Assembly (NCBI GenBank): GCA_012295275.1
Contig: CM022675.1
Span: 1,922,001 to 1,986,000, forward strand
DNA: 64,000 bases
Direction: 5' to 3'
From: Chrysomallon squamiferum
Lineage: Eukaryota; Animalia; Mollusca
Every line of letters begins with the position of its first letter. Positions within the stretch are counted from its first letter, which is position 1. The position numbers were made by a program, and so were the translations under genes. Under the pieces are notes generated by a model. That model did no database searches. It was not told where the DNA came from and saw only the letters and a list, made by a program, of their open reading frames with translations. Of this stretch, positions 61,709 to 64,000 are shown in pieces.

Positions 61709-62394
61709 ATCAATAAATAAATAAATAAATAAATAAGTGTATTTCTCTATAATGGAACCTACATCGATAAAGAATATGCATGTCTCAAGGATAACATATT
61801 TGTGTGTGTCGAATAAAATCTATATCTGTGGACGTACATTATCGTAACAGCTAGCTGCACAAAAACCTGATGATATTAGTGAAAGACACGTTAAACTGGG
61901 TGCGTCTTTTTCTTAAAATCTTCTTCGAATAAAGAAAACTTCATATGTTAAAAAATAAATAAATCAGTAAATCAATAAATAAATAAATAAAATATAACAA
62001 CAACACAACCGACTAGATATATTAATCTTAGAAATACCTAGTTCTGCTGAAACAACCACTATACTGCTATTACCATTAATACTAATACCAGTACTAGTAC
62101 TATTATGATTAACACGCCTATTACTACCACAATAGCAACATAGACAACTACTATTACTATTACCACTAATAATTATTATATTGCTACTACTATACATTTA
62201 ATTTTATTTACTGCATTTATTCTTAGACTCAATATCCTTATCATTTTAAGTTAAATAATAATAACAATAACAATATACTAGTACTACTACTACTACTACT
62301 ACTACCACTACCACTACTACTACTACAACAACAACAACAACAACTACTACTACTACTATTACTACTACTAATAACATTCTAAAGACGTAATCCG

Positions 62395-63760
62395 CTTTCT
62401 CTAGAGATTGTGAAAGCTTTCCGTAGCTGCACTGAACTTTTTTCAAAATAAATTACGATGTTAAATTAAGCTTGATGTTACATGTTTTCTGATTTCTATA
62501 AAGTAAAAAAAGAAATGTCATGAGATAAATATTCTATCTGCAGGTGTTAGGGTGTGACACAAAGTTGTATTTTCAGATGAATGGGACATAATAAAATATA
62601 TGAATAAAAGTAAACATAGTGTTGATGTACGTGTGTCTAAGTGTTAAAATAGATTGCAGTGTTTACGATAATAATTTTCCAATCATGCAGCTGCTGGGCG
62701 GACACATACATTTAAAGTAAATTAAGCTACCGTCGTCAAAGAAATCAAATTATAAGAAAGATCACTGGCTGTTAGATAAATTAAATAACTTACTTTTTAT
62801 TAGTGTATACACCATTCATCTGAAAATCACGCCCTAACATCCGCAGATATAATAGCATTGTTTTCTGTTTTATTTAGTCTACACCAATCAGAAAACATTT
62901 AATATCAGTTTAATGGAACATCGTAATTTATGTGGTAAAATAATTTACAGAAAAAGTGCTTACAATAATAATTATTATAAGTGTAAGAAAAAATTAAATA
63001 AATGTCTTGAGAACTGCACCTGCAAGAACTTATTCAAATAGTTTATGCTAAATTAAACTATCTTATAATTTTTTTTTTAAATTATAGCAAATACTAATGG
63101 CTGACAGACATATTTAAGAACCAACTTTTTATTCTGAACAGTGTATACACCATTCATCTCAAAATACAACTTTACTTCACCACCCTCACACCCGATTATA
63201 TAATATCTGCCACAAAGCCTCTCTTTTTCACTCTACACAAATCAGAGACATATAACATCAAGCTTAATTTAACGTCGTAATCTATTTTGACAGTCAGTCA
63301 GTGCAGTGTCTGAAAGCTTTCACAATCTGTGTAGAAACTATATTAAACCATAATAATAATAATAATAATAGTAATAGTAGTAATAATAATAATAATAATA
63401 ATAATAATAGTTTTATCATATAATATAGTTTCTACACAGATTGTCAGAGCTTTCAGACACTGCACTGAATAACTTTCAAAATAAATTACAACGTTAAATT
63501 AAGCTTCATATTGCATGCCTCTGATTTCTACAGAGGAAAAAAGAAATGCTCTGAGATAGATATTATTTATGCGGGTGTTAGGGTGGTACACGGAGTTGTA
63601 TCTGCAGATCAATTAAGCATATACCAATACAAAAAAAAAAAAACTTATTTATTATATATATCTCTCAGCCAGTGATATTTGTTACTATTTGATTTCTCTA
63701 ACGAAAGCAGCTTAAATAAGTATAAAAATATGTGTACGTTTCAGTAGCTGCATTATCAAA
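62395..63760. repeat. Cluster of four copies of a ~300-bp element in + - - + orientation (fold-back)
   Basis: The core GCTTTCAGACACTGCACTGAAT..TTAAATTAAGCTT..GGGTGTTAGGGTG..CTCAGCCAGTGA occurs at ~62395-62600 (+), ~62715-62960 (-), ~63100-63345 (-) and ~63421-63760 (+), and also at 460-800 (+) and 56760-57075 (-). Confidence 0.8.
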
Positions 63761-63860
63761 GATATTTACTTATAGCTTTTTCTTTTGTTTTATTCATAAC
63801 AAATGTTATATATATAACAGCAGCACCACCAACAACAACAGTAACAACAACAACAACAAA

Positions 63861-63904
<44 letters not shown>

Positions 63905-64000
63905 TAACAATAATAGTAATAACATATTGAATAATATCCTACTGAAGAAAAATAAGGACTAATAAATAAACAATCAATGCAAGATATATATATATATATA

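Overview
AT-rich, microsatellite-dense animal genomic DNA with GT-AG introns. A mollusc, plausibly a coleoid cephalopod, is inferred from the EGF-ZP family and a tRNA-Arg-like SINE head. The main content is a cluster of paralogues of one 19-coding-exon gene, reconstructed by hand from splice sites and exon phases: copy A (3049-12726, +), copy C (41001-49782, -, part of a large inverted duplication of A), a 3'-truncated copy B (27592-31077, -) and relics of a fourth copy (~17.1-18.2 kb). The protein is signal peptide-EGF-EGF-ZP-N-[start of ZP-C]-linker-4xSRCR-[rest of ZP-C]-furin site RKRR-transmembrane helix, so the four scavenger-receptor domains sit inside the ZP-C domain. Each full copy has a lesion in a different SRCR cassette that can be skipped in frame, and the paralogues look mosaic, as expected from gene conversion. 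The window also holds a degraded parvovirus/densovirus-like capsid element next to a 200-N gap, a single 5S rRNA gene between two spacer copies, a ~2.6-kb minisatellite, fold-back repeats and many simple repeats. Most ORF-track entries are microsatellite artefacts. All family assignments come from motif recognition, with no database search.
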